DNA of 64,000 bases from Monocercomonoides exilis PA203 (taxonomy: Eukaryota; Protista; Preaxostyla): assembly GCA_001643675.2 (NCBI GenBank), contig LSRY02000003.1:2108001-2172000 (forward strand), in the 5' to 3' direction. Within the stretch, counting starts at the first letter, position 1, and each line of letters opens with the position of its first letter. This document shows positions 51,039 through 62,300 of the stretch, piece by piece. The notes below the pieces were generated by a model. It saw only the letters and a program-made list of their open reading frames with translations, was not told the origin of the DNA and did no database searches. The position numbers were made by a program, and so were the translations under genes.

Positions 51039-52640
51039 TTACTCTCCGCGTTTTTTCCGATCAGTTTCCAGCTTCTTCTGCAAAGCAGTTTGTCTGCCCT
51101 CCGTCTTCTCCATAATGCTGTGGGGAATTATGGGGGATATCTCTTCACCTTTTAGAAGTTGTGCTAAATGGCTCTCATGCTGCGACCTCTTCTCTCGAAT
51201 TGACCCTCGTCTCTTCGATCTCTTTCTCTTGCTCATATCCACTTCTCCCTCAGCTTGTGATGTTTCTTCTGTGTTCTCCTTTGTTCCTGATTCTGTATTC
51301 TCATTTGAGATCTCTTTTCCTTTGCTGTCCTTCTCCGACTTTTCGCCCTTTTCAGCAAGGGGTACTGGGCCTCCGATTGTCTCCAGGATCCATCTCGTGT
51401 CCTGAACTGGTAGCACGGTGTAATACTCCTGGGCTACTCTAGAGCCTGGCGCCCATCTCGCGTTCGCATTAGTTGCTTTCCAATCTGCCGCTTGTTGTCT
51501 TGCCAAATGTGTTATCACAGCGTGTCTTATCGAGTACGCGGTAAATGTGTAGGGCATTCCGTTCTCTCTCAAGACAGCCACTAATTCTTCTTTAATCCTC
51601 TGCAAGTTTGCAGGTTGCCTCTCCCTGATATCGAACCACACATGTTCGTCTCAAAAGGTTATCTTTGTATAACCCATCCAACGTTGGAGCGCTACCACAG
51701 CATCGATGCGTGGATTTGGATGCTTATTTATAATAACCTTTACCGTCTCTCCCCCTGATGTATTTGTTTGTACTTGCATCTGGACTAACTCGTCTTTAAA
51801 TATCGTTGAAACACTTCTCATCCTCTCCAGCTCTGCTGGTCTTAACGCACCAAATATCATAGTTAAAATGAGAGCCCTCCTTTGGAGGGTCTGCGGGTCT
51901 TTCATATCGTGAGTGGCTTCAGCCCATTTCGTGATGATTGTCAAGTCCCACATCGATTTGTATCGATTGCCTCTTCTTGGTTTCTCCCCAACATAGGTTT
52001 TTAGAAATATTTCAATGTCTTTCACATCAATCTTAGTCTCTCTGAATAGATTAATAGAATCTAGTACTTTTCGAACTGTCTGATTAATCACTCCACTGGA
52101 CAGGTCAGTATTCGAGAGTGTTTCGATGAACTCTGCCATAATCCATTTTACATCTTTTGTTGTGAGAGGGTCAGTGTCATCCATACTCTCTCTATCTAGA
52201 AATTGCTTGAATCTTCGCAGCGCTCTCCACGTATCTCTTTCGCTCTTTTGATTTCTAAGTATTGCTGCTGCTATCTCTTTTGCTCCAACGTGTTCTCCCC
52301 ATGTTAAGAAGAGGTCTCTCCCCTGAATATTCTCTTCTCCAGTATAACGCTTATAACCTCTCCTGGGGGTAATTTCCAGCCTTCCTTCCTTATCTTCGCT
52401 CCCGGTATCATGCACTCCTGAAAAGTCCCCAGGGTCTTTATCGAATGCCCAGGCTGCAGTAGCGGGGTCCAGGTCTGCCCCCGCCAGGCTGGTAGAATCA
52501 GAATCGTCAGATCCCTCTGAGCTTCGTTCATCTTCTCTTTCATCACTCGTCCAATGTTTCTCAGGAACGTGTGGACTAGCGCTATGTCGTCTTCTGGTGT
52601 TCCTCTCTCTTTCTTCCTTCTCACGGAGGATAGTCTCCAA
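51039..52640 (-). CDS. Tyrosine recombinase (phage-integrase family, DIRS type) split by one in-frame TGA at 51651-51653
   Basis: ORFs 51651..52640 and 51039..51641 are in the same frame (ITF*DEHVW); catalytic motifs LRPAEL (R), YSIRHA (HxxR-like), ARW, QEYY (Y); helical core-binding-like N-domain; true start uncertain. Confidence 0.85.
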
Positions 52641-52815
52641 GTACTTCCGCAGAGCACCGGCACAATCTGTTCTAAAATTGTATCTAGTATTCTCGGTGCG
52701 ATTGTCTGAAATATCTCTGCGACTTTCTCCCCCCTCAGTGCATAGTCCGGTTTTTTCTAAGTCCGGCTGAGTGCGTCTATCAGCATTTTAGCTGAGAAAT
52801 GCAGAATCTTCTTCA
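52304..52815 (-). pseudogene. DIRS-type RNase H C-terminal tail + adenine-methyltransferase-like domain remnant
   Basis: LHFSAKMLIDALSRT*KKPDYAL (cf. HIPG..N..ADALSR...DY.L), then ILILPAWRGQTW..MIPG..KLPPG; the [DNSH]PP motif appears degenerate (VHTF); overlaps the YR frame as in DIRS elements. Confidence 0.7.
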
Positions 52816-55800
52816 ATTTTCATTACGCTGCACTATGCGGCTTCCTTATGTATCCTCCTCTCGCGGTCTACCGTGATCTCCTGCTCAATATTCTCCTCGC
52901 GATTCTTTGCGGATTTCACTTCTTCAGTCTTCTCGAAAAGTTTCGCGGTTACAATGTCTGCACCTATTTCGCAAAAGTGCACGATTTTTTATCGTATTAT
53001 CGATTTACAACTTCTCTCAATCTCTTTCTCCATCATTTTCTCGTAGTAAACTCAGCTTTCTCTTCATTCAAATTCTTTCTATTAAAAACAATTTGTCACT
53101 CCTCGATTATCTCGCGACAATCCACAAATTTCTTTTTTCTCTCAGTCCAGTAATATTTAGCGGTTTCCCTTATGTGATAATTTCTCTTATAATGAAACGT
53201 ATCATTTCGAATTATAAATTGATGATATTTCACTTATTCAGTTTTAATATTGTGTCGTGACACAGCTTGTCTATATTTCCTTAGCAAAAGTCAATCTATT
53301 TACTGAGTATTCTATCTCTATCGTCTTCTCGCTGCGAAACGCTGTTCTCTGCTCTATCTCTTCTCATAGTCTCGGTATTGAACGCGGTTACTCACTCGTC
53401 TCTTAGTCTCGCGGAAAAGCATGTCTTTCTATTCTCTCTCTTTTCTCATGATCTCGAGCTCGAACTCGGTTTGATTCTTTGTAACTCTCTCCCGAATATG
53501 CACAGCTTCATTTCAAATAATTATCTTGTAACTGCAATGAAATTATCCTTTTATTAAAACATTGCTGTAATATATGTATCGATTATTACAAATATCCTTG
53601 CATAATATAAATATAAATATTTCGTCACTGTATTTATATGTATCTCGCGTAACTGCTCAGCTCTTTTCACAATAAATCTTCTTTTCATATCAAGCAGATT
53701 CTCTATTTATCCCTCTCTCGCTTCAATTCTCTGCACCTCTTTTATTTAATCAAATCATGATCTCGCGGTAAAGTGCGGCTCTCTCTTCTCTTTCTGTCTC
53801 GCGGCAAAGCGCGGCTCTCTTTTTTTTCTATTCAATTTTAGTCTTACGATTAATCACGATTATGTTCATTGTATTTATTTCGATACAATGATTTGTCTCA
53901 TTTTAATTATATATATTCAAACTGTAATCAAATTATTATTGCTATATAATCACTTCTGAATTAATTCACATCTCGCGGCTATGCGCGGATCTTCTTCCTT
54001 ACAAATTCCATCAATATTCTGTTGTTTCTCGTTGGTTTTGTTTAAATTTGAATTCCACAGCATTATATGAATATATCTCTTCAATATTGTATATATTTAT
54101 TATATTGTTTCGAAATTTCATTAGACAGGAAATTCTTTCTCCAAAATAATCTCTCTGCAATTTGTGGATCTATCCTTTTTAATTCTTGCGATATCAAGCA
54201 CTTTCTTAATATATCGATATCTTGCTTCAATACGTTGTTCTTATTCCAAATAAATAAACAAAATAATGTGTAGTTGTATTCTTTTTTAAAGCCTATAGAA
54301 TATCATATCTTCATTTTGTTTAAACATCTCTCGATTTTTTATAGTTTCTGTTTGGACAATTGTCTCGCTGCACAATGTGGCTCTAATTCCAATAATTATC
54401 TCACAGAATTTTATAGCTTCTGTTCTTGATAAAATCTCTTCACAATGTGCAGCTTGCCGTTCGACATCTTCGGCTGTGCACTTTCTTCCATTCCGGATGA
54501 TAAATTTCATGCTTAAATCCTGGTAAATTTTTCACTAAAATATTCAACTTTGACCAGTGTTAAATTTTGATCTAATTCACTTCCATCGCCGTCTCTGTGT
54601 TCTATTGTAACAGGTTGTTGCTTCATTTTCATTGCGGACAATTTGGATCAACTTTGAATTTGAGTATTGGCGAAGTTAGATCTTAAACCGCCCATAATTC
54701 GTGACCAATACTCATTATTGAGGAGCAAACCTGCTCCATGCGTTCGGATATTCGCTCTATTGCGAATTGTTATTTTTCCAGTGTACTACAATTACCTTGC
54801 AAGAAAAATGATTTGTTGTTTTTTTGAATAGATTTTGTATTTGATTAAAGAATGTCTCTTCATTTTGTGCAAATGACAAATATGATAACTTTTGTTCAAC
54901 TTTCTTTTCTTATACGTGTGATTATCGTTAAAATCACATCTTGATTCTGTTCTAAGATTATAAAAACTTTTTTTGCCATTTGTCAAATTAATTTCTTTCA
55001 TATATTTGATGTTTGACAATCGCTTCAAAAGCCAATGGTCGAGATGAATGTGTGAAAAAATTCTTAAAATTCTATATTATCATTTTTCAGCGTTCAGCAA
55101 TATATATTTAACGAAAATTCAAGAATCAGAATTTTTCATTGTCAAATAAAATTTCAAAAAATTTTTCCCATATGTTTATTTTTTCATTAAAATTATTAAA
55201 CTGTTTAAATATTGATTCCATGGAGTTGATGAAATGAACATTCTGTTGCAATCTCTATTTTTCAAATACAACCTAAATGGGATGTTATCACATCGTGTTG
55301 TTCACACATTTTTGTGACTATACCTGGTTGTGATTGTATGTTATGTGACTTTTCACAAAAAAAAAAAAAAATAATAAAAAATTCTTTTTTGAAATAATAA
55401 ATCTAATGAGGATTTTTTTTTTCATTTTGATAATCATTCAAAAATGGCAAATTTCTTTTGAAAAATTCTATTTGTTTGCTTTTGAAATAAAATAAAACAA
55501 TCATGTTCTGATCAAGTTTGTGTTCTTCTTCTAAAAACTGCATTTGCAAGTCTTGCACAGTATTGACAAGTTTCAACTTTCATTTTTGTCTTGTTTCGTG
55601 AGTGGGAACAGAAATTTGATTCAACTGTGACATTTTCAATTTTGTTTGTTAATATGATAAAGTGCATTTGTGACGATATTTTTTCACTTTATGAATTTTG
55701 TTTCATTCAGATTCTTCGAACAAATGTGTGATTTTTTTTTTTTGAAATCAAATTTTTTCTTTCTAAAATTTTGAACAGAAAATTTCCCTTTGAAATCAAC

Positions 55801-56605
55801 AAAAGAACATTGAAAAATGAAAAGGTTTATAAAAAATATCTTCATCCTTGTTGAAGTGAAAAGATTGATTTTTAAAATAGGTGTGAAGAATTTCGCATTT
55901 GAATACAAAATCTCTTTCCAATGATAATCTGCCTTTAAAAAAACAAACACACAGAAAAGAGTTGTGATTTTTTTAATGATCACCCAAATTTCTCATTTTT
56001 TTAATTTTTCGAAACATTTTTGCTTGAGAATGCTTGACTTATTTTGAAATGAAAAGAATAAAAAGTTTGGAACAAAGTGTTGTTTTTTCAAAAAAGAGAG
56101 GATTTTGTCCCAGAAGACAAAAAAGAAAATAGAAAGTTTAAATAAAATAGGTCAAAAATTATAACATTTGTTGTTTTAAAAAATTTTATTTGTAAAGACA
56201 AAAACTCTGTGTTTGATAATAAATGAAGTTCCCATTTTTTTCAATCTCACAAGAAAGGAAATAAATGATTTCAGATAAAGAAATTTCTATTTTCGTGAAA
56301 TTCGAAAAGTTGGATTGAGAATATTTCATTATAAATGTCATTCTTATTTTGACATAGTCAATAAAAGAATAATTTATCATTAAACATTTGATTTTTTTTA
56401 CGAATGGTAATATTTATTTTGAGTTCTTCTTTAATGCGAAAACATTTTATTATAATTTTCATTTAAAAAAAAAAAAATAAATAAATAAAATAAAAAAACA
56501 CAAGTATTTCATTATCCTCTTTGCATTTCGCGTTTCAACATCATTTGCATTGAAATCTCATGTTTGCTTCCAATCCATTTTTTCATTGCCTAACCTTTCA
56601 CTTTA

Positions 56606-58855
56606 TTATGTTTTTTTCCGTTTCAGCTCATAGCCAGCCATTTGCAGTTCACAGCAAGAAGAAGGCAAAGACGAAAAAAGGTTAATTTGTTTCTTCGTGA
56701 AATGGCACGGCTGCTGCACCCGTTTGCACAAATAAGAGAATTGAGGAAGTTCATATGCCCCACATTCCCCTGAGAATGTATACAAGGAACAACTCTTTTC
56801 CCATTGCTCTTTTCCCCATTCGCTTATCAACATTTCTGCTTTTGAAATCCATCCATCTTTTATTCTCATCGTTTCATATTCCAAATCGTTTCTCAGATAA
56901 AACAAAAGAAATGAAGTTGTCTTTGCCTCTTTCTTTGATTTTTCTTCGCCTTCGGCTGCATTTGATCTCTCATCGCTTCGAGCTGCTTCAAGCTCTTCCT
57001 TTTTCTGTTCTCTTGTTTTGCAACATCCAGCATCCTCTCTACAAATCGCTTCATCAAACTCTTCCTTCATTTCCACCTCATCTGAACTGCCTCCGTAACA
57101 AAGCATCTGGATTTCCTCGCTTCCAAACTCAACTTTTTCCACTGCTTCGTCATTGCACATCAGCCACTCATCTTTCTTCTTTTTCCCATTTTTATAAAAA
57201 GTGGGTATTCGAACAAGCGAAATGTAGTGTCCGTCTTCGTTTGTGCCTGAGTGTAGGATAATTGCACTCAGGTGATACAAACGGTTGCAAGAAGAAGAAG
57301 AAGAAGAAGAAGAAGAAGAAGAAGAAGAAGAAGAAGAAGAAGAAGAAGAAGAAGAAGAAGAAGAAGAAGAAGAAGAAGAAGGAGAATGAGAATGGGATGG
57401 AGGAGGAGGAGTAGAAATTGGCGTTGTTGAAGACAAAGATGGGGAAGTTGTTGCAATTGGCTCCGATAACTTTGTTGAAGCTTCTTCTTTTCTGCTCGCA
57501 CGCTCAATCAATTGCTCAATCTGGCTGCTGTACGAATAGTCAGATAAAACCAACGAATGCAAATAGAGAAACAGCGGCGTAGCTTCAAAATTGTTCTTTT
57601 GCATCCGTGGGGAAATCAACTTCTTTTGTTTGTTTATCTCTTTGGCGCCTTCTTTTCCCTCTTCTTGTCGCTTAACTTGCAGCTTCAAGTTCTTTCTTCT
57701 TTTTCTCTCTTCTTTCAGCCGCTTTCCTGCTTCACAGTCCAAATCCGAAGGAAGCTCACAAAATGCGTTCATGTCAATTTCCTGCGGGTAATAGAACTTC
57801 GAAGTGTCTTTCGTCATCTTATGTGTCTTCGCATCAAATGTCCATCTGTTCAGATGGAAAGCGAGAACGGGAGGAAGACAAGCAATAAATGAATGCTAAA
57901 AGGGAAATGGAGTAGAAACAGATGTTGTTTTCAGTTCAAATATTTATTATGACAAAAAAAAAATAATTTAAAAAAACGATCATTGCATTTGTTAAGCAGA
58001 TTCTTTTCATTGAAAAAAAAATCAACACTTTAACAAACTCTTTTGGCGTCCTGCTTCTTTCCCTTGATTACAATTCCCGATTCTCCGACAAAATCAACAT
58101 CTCTAAACGTCCAGAAAAGCGCTTCTTCAAGTGTGCGATGATTGCTGACAGTAACTCTTTGGAATAATTTTTTATAAAATTCATATAAAATATACAATAA
58201 TATGCCAATATCTCACACGAGATGCTGTAAAACTTTTCCCAAACGCAGGTGGAAATGGATTCTCCCTTCGACAGAGGCTGCACTCGCGTAATCGTCGTGC
58301 CTCTCATCAGCTTCTTCAGCCCTCCATTCAAATTTGTGCTCTTTTGAAAAAAATGTGGGGGAAAAAACTTATAAATGAAAGCAATCGTTAACAAAAATTC
58401 ATATACTTTCAAGTCCCTTTGGAGAAGTTTCAAAACATTCAGAAAAAAAATATTTGCATCTTGTTGTCTCAAGGCATCATCATCTTGAAAACCCATTGCT
58501 TTCGTAATGCGATTTGTTGAGCATCTGAAAAAAATTTTCATCACTGATCATAAATTGAGATACGTATGCTGCGAAATTCAGCAAACAATTTCTTTGAACT
58601 CATTTTTCGAAAAAGATCTCGAAGCTCATTAGCAAGAGTCCCTCGTTTCGAATAACTTTGCAAAATAATCTTTCGTTTGTTTAAGAATTGCACAATGAAA
58701 TAATTATTTCAGATCTCATTTAATTAAGCACGTACCTCTCTGAACAACATGTTGTGATACAAACATTGAAGAACAGCATTCATGTAGCAGGTGCAACCTT
58801 GGTTTTCCAGTCCACAATACCTTTCTTCATTTTTGTGCGATTTTCTTTTGAGCAT
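56606..58855 (-). CDS. Ubiquitin-specific protease (peptidase C19), multi-exon
   Basis: Exon 1 58855-58736 encodes Cys box GLENQGCTCYMNAVLQ followed by a GTACGT donor; QQDA box at ~58455-58467; His box LHSGTNEDGHY, WLMCNDEAV, LLFY; internal exon borders not fully resolved. Confidence 0.9.
57287..57380. repeat. (GAA)n/(TCT)n microsatellite encoding a poly-Ser tract in the USP
   Basis: About 31 uninterrupted triplets. Confidence 0.95.
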
Positions 58856-59389
58856 TTTTCACGCTCGACAGTTTTATAAATTCAAATGAAAAACGAGAAT
58901 TATGTTCAAATCACTAATAAAGCCGTATAATTCCACAAACAAGAACCACAACAAACAGGAAAAATCGAACAGATATCGTGCAAGACAATGAGCCGATGCA
59001 ACAGTGGTATTTTTCAAATATCTCTGACAGATGGCTCTTAAACAAGCATTGACTCATCCCTTAATGAAACAAATCTGCATTTACAATTTTTTTCACATTT
59101 TTCGAGGAGCAAAATTTTATGTTCAAAATTAAAATATCAAAAAACATCTTAACAAAGCCATATTTTTAGAAAAAAAAATCGAACAAATAAAACTTTTGTG
59201 AAATAAACCCAATTCGATCAAAAGTATATTCGTATTTTAACAAATTAATATTTATCGTTTAACGCCCGAATATTGTGTTACGCACGATTTATCGCTCATT
59301 TTGGCATATAATATACTAGTGTATTGCAAAATCTGGGATTGCAAAGGTGATTAAAATTATCAGAGAAGTGAAATCCTGTTTTTATTGTT
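58856..59389. promoter_or_regulatory. Probable bidirectional promoter region between the USP and SWR1-like genes
   Basis: 534 bp between divergent ATGs; positional inference only. Confidence 0.45.
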
Positions 59390-62300
59390 ATGGAGCAGTT
59401 AAACAGTGCTTATGAAAGTAATTTGCCTCCAATAAAAAGTCCAATAACATCAGAGAAAAGTGTTATAAACTCTAAAAAAGGTGACTTTTCTATAGACCAA
59501 ACTGCAAATTGTGAAAGTTGTGATAGTCAAGAAGATGATGGCTTGTCAAAATCGAAACAAAATTCCAGTGGAAGTGAACTGTTTGTGTGAGTAATTGTGC
59601 TTTTTCTATTTTGCATTGATTTTTTCAATCTTTTTTTCTTTTTTTATTCATTGCAGAACAGAAGAACCAGAATATTTGAAAAGGTCAAGGTGGCAAAAAA
59701 GCAGAAGTGCATTGGTCTTCGACGATGACTCCCCCAAAAGATATCATGAGAATACATTCGAAGCCAATGCAGAAGCTTCTGAAAGGCAATGCGCAGCATC
59801 AGAGATTTTTTCGCTGTGCTCAAATTCGTCACTCAAACAGACGCCTCAATTGATGGACGAAGTGCAAGTGAGCCATTCAATCTCAAAATTTGATGGATGC
59901 GAACAAGATAATGTGGAAAAAGCAAAGTCTCTGCCAAATCACAGCAGAACAAAAACCAGCACTCAAAGCGTTCAGACAACGCTTTTGCGATATTTTAAGC
60001 CGTTGAACATAAAAATTGAAGCGGGAGTTAATGCCGTGTTAGAAGCGAAAAAGAAAGTGAAAGAAACTTTGACAACTCGGAAAAGTGATTCGAAGGGGGA
60101 ATTGGAAGAAGAAGAAGAAGAAGATAATTGCACACAACTGACATATCTTGATGATTCTGAAGAAACGAGCAAGAATTTATCGACATGCAATCAAACACAA
60201 ACGAAACCTGGTCACACTTTGCTTTCACGAGGACTCCGAGACATCAGCAGCGCAATGACTGAAGAGACACCAGGTTTCTCTTCTAATTCAGGGCGCCCTT
60301 CGAAGAAAAGAAGAACGGCTGATCAGTTGGGCATGCTGGAGGCAAGCTATTCTGATGCTGTGGTGTCTTCAGTCAGAAAAGCCAAGCTGAAAATAGGAGC
60401 TTTCGATAAAAAACAGAAGCAATCGGCAAAACCAGTGCAAAAGATTATGAGGCCGAAACCGAAAAAACTTGTCTTACAGGAGCTTTCGATGCTTGAACTG
60501 GTACAAAATTGTGATGCGTCTTCATTTGCTTCGATTCCTCCAATTAATACCAATTATTCATCTGCTTCTCTTCTCTCTTCTTCTTCTTTTCCATTTTCTC
60601 CTTCTTTTCCTTCTTCTTCTTCATCTTTTTCTTCTCCTTCTTCTCCTTCTTCACCATTAACTCCTTCCACTCCCTCCACCCCTCCCTCTCCAATCTTCCC
60701 TCCTTCTTCTCCTCTGCCAATTTCGCCCATCCGCCGCACCGTTTCGCTGGGCGAGCGCATCGAAATAGCTCTTTCGCAGCAGCTGCCGTTGCAAAACAGC
60801 CAAAGCGATCACAAGGAAGGAGAAGAGGAAGAAAAAGATGAAGAAAAAGATGAAGGAGAAGACACAAAAGGACAGAAGATAAAGAAGATAAAGAAAAAGA
60901 AGAAAAAGAAACAAACAATCAAAGAAACGACTCCTCATAAATCAATGCCTTTTTCACAGAAATCATCAAATGTTGAAAAATCGGCTTCTTCTTTGAAAAA
61001 AGCGAAAGAGAAGAAAAATGGCAAATTATTGGAAAACATTCAGAAAAATGAGAAAAAGAAAATGTTATTGATGAAGAAAAAAAGCAGTTTGAATGAAGAT
61101 TCAGAAGATTCAGAGACAGAACACAAAAGAAAGAGAATGAAACTCGAAAAAGGAAAAGAGGAAAACAATGAAGAGAAAAAAGCTGTTGATGATGATATTT
61201 CTTCGAAAGCATCAGCTTTCAAAAGAAATATGGCCAAACGGAATTCTGATGTTAAAAAAAGAGAATTTGAAGATGTGGAAGAAGAAACAATGGATAATTT
61301 AGTATTTAACAATGATGAACAACAGGGAAATGAAGAAGAAGCAGAAAGATCAGGAATTGAAAATCATAAGAAACAAGGGAGAAAACCGAAGAAGAAGAAG
61401 AAGAAGAAGAAGATTGCATTGATGAAGAAAAGCATTCATATTAAAAACGAAAGCATTGAAGACACAAAGAAAGGAAATTTCGATGAGACTCATAACTCAG
61501 AAAATTCCAATGATTTTCCACATCTTTTGCCTTTGGATGAAGGAAAAGAGAATTTTAACAGAGAAAAGAAAAAAAGAGAGAGAAAGACATCTCTGTTTCA
61601 TTCAGCAAAGTTGATGAAGGCGAAGAAAAAGAAAGAGGTGTTAAGTTCGAATGATATGCACAAAAATGAAGAAGATGAAGAAGAAGATGATGAAGATGAA
61701 AAAGAAGAAAACAAAGAAAAAGATGAAGAAAAAGGAGAAAAAGGAGAAAAAGGAGAAAAAGAAGAAAAAGACAAAGAAAAAGAAAAAGAAAAAGATGAAT
61801 CTTCAATGAAAAAGAAGCGGAAATGGGAAAGGAAGCAATTTGAGAAGATTAACATTGCAACTCGTTCAGCAAAAAGTGGAACAGAAACAGAAACAGAAAA
61901 AAAGAAGGGAATTCAATCAAAAAAGAAAAATTTGATCAAAAAGGAGAAGAAGAAAGAAGATGAAATAAAAAATATATTGGAGAAAGAAGAAGTTGAAGAA
62001 ACGCAGGAAAAACCAGAGAAAGAAGAAGAGAAAGAAGAAGAAGAGAAGAAGAAGAAGAATAAAACAGAAGAAAATTCTGTTATCATTTTTGATGCAGAAA
62101 AAGCAGCGAAGCTCAAACGAATCGCCACGAAAATGCTTGTTTATCAAACAAAAATGCGACTCATGAAAGATGTTCTTGAGGCAGATGAGGTTGTCAAAGA
62201 AGCTGAGCTGAAAGCGAAAAAGGGGAATAAATCGCGTTTGCCATTGAAAGAGAAGATATTTTTCTTTGAAGACGCAAAAGAACAGTTTCCTTTGAGTGTG

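Larger units (their letters stand above)
50785..54766 (-). mobile_element. E2: ~4.0 kb TIR-bounded tyrosine-recombinase element, DIRS-derived, no recognisable RT
   Basis: 60-bp inverted repeats 50782-50841 and 54710-54769 with 1 mismatch; YR and methyltransferase-like ORFs in overlapping frames; no target-site duplication seen. Confidence 0.92.

Noticed and set aside
52820-54600. Reverse transcriptase or gag in E2
   Set aside because: No long frame and no YxDD or other RT motif found by eye; a profile search is still needed to exclude a highly decayed remnant
50770-54790. Target-site duplication or DIRS internal complementary region
   Set aside because: Flanks (ttctatcaa / ttgttattt) are not direct repeats and I found no internal copy complementary to the termini
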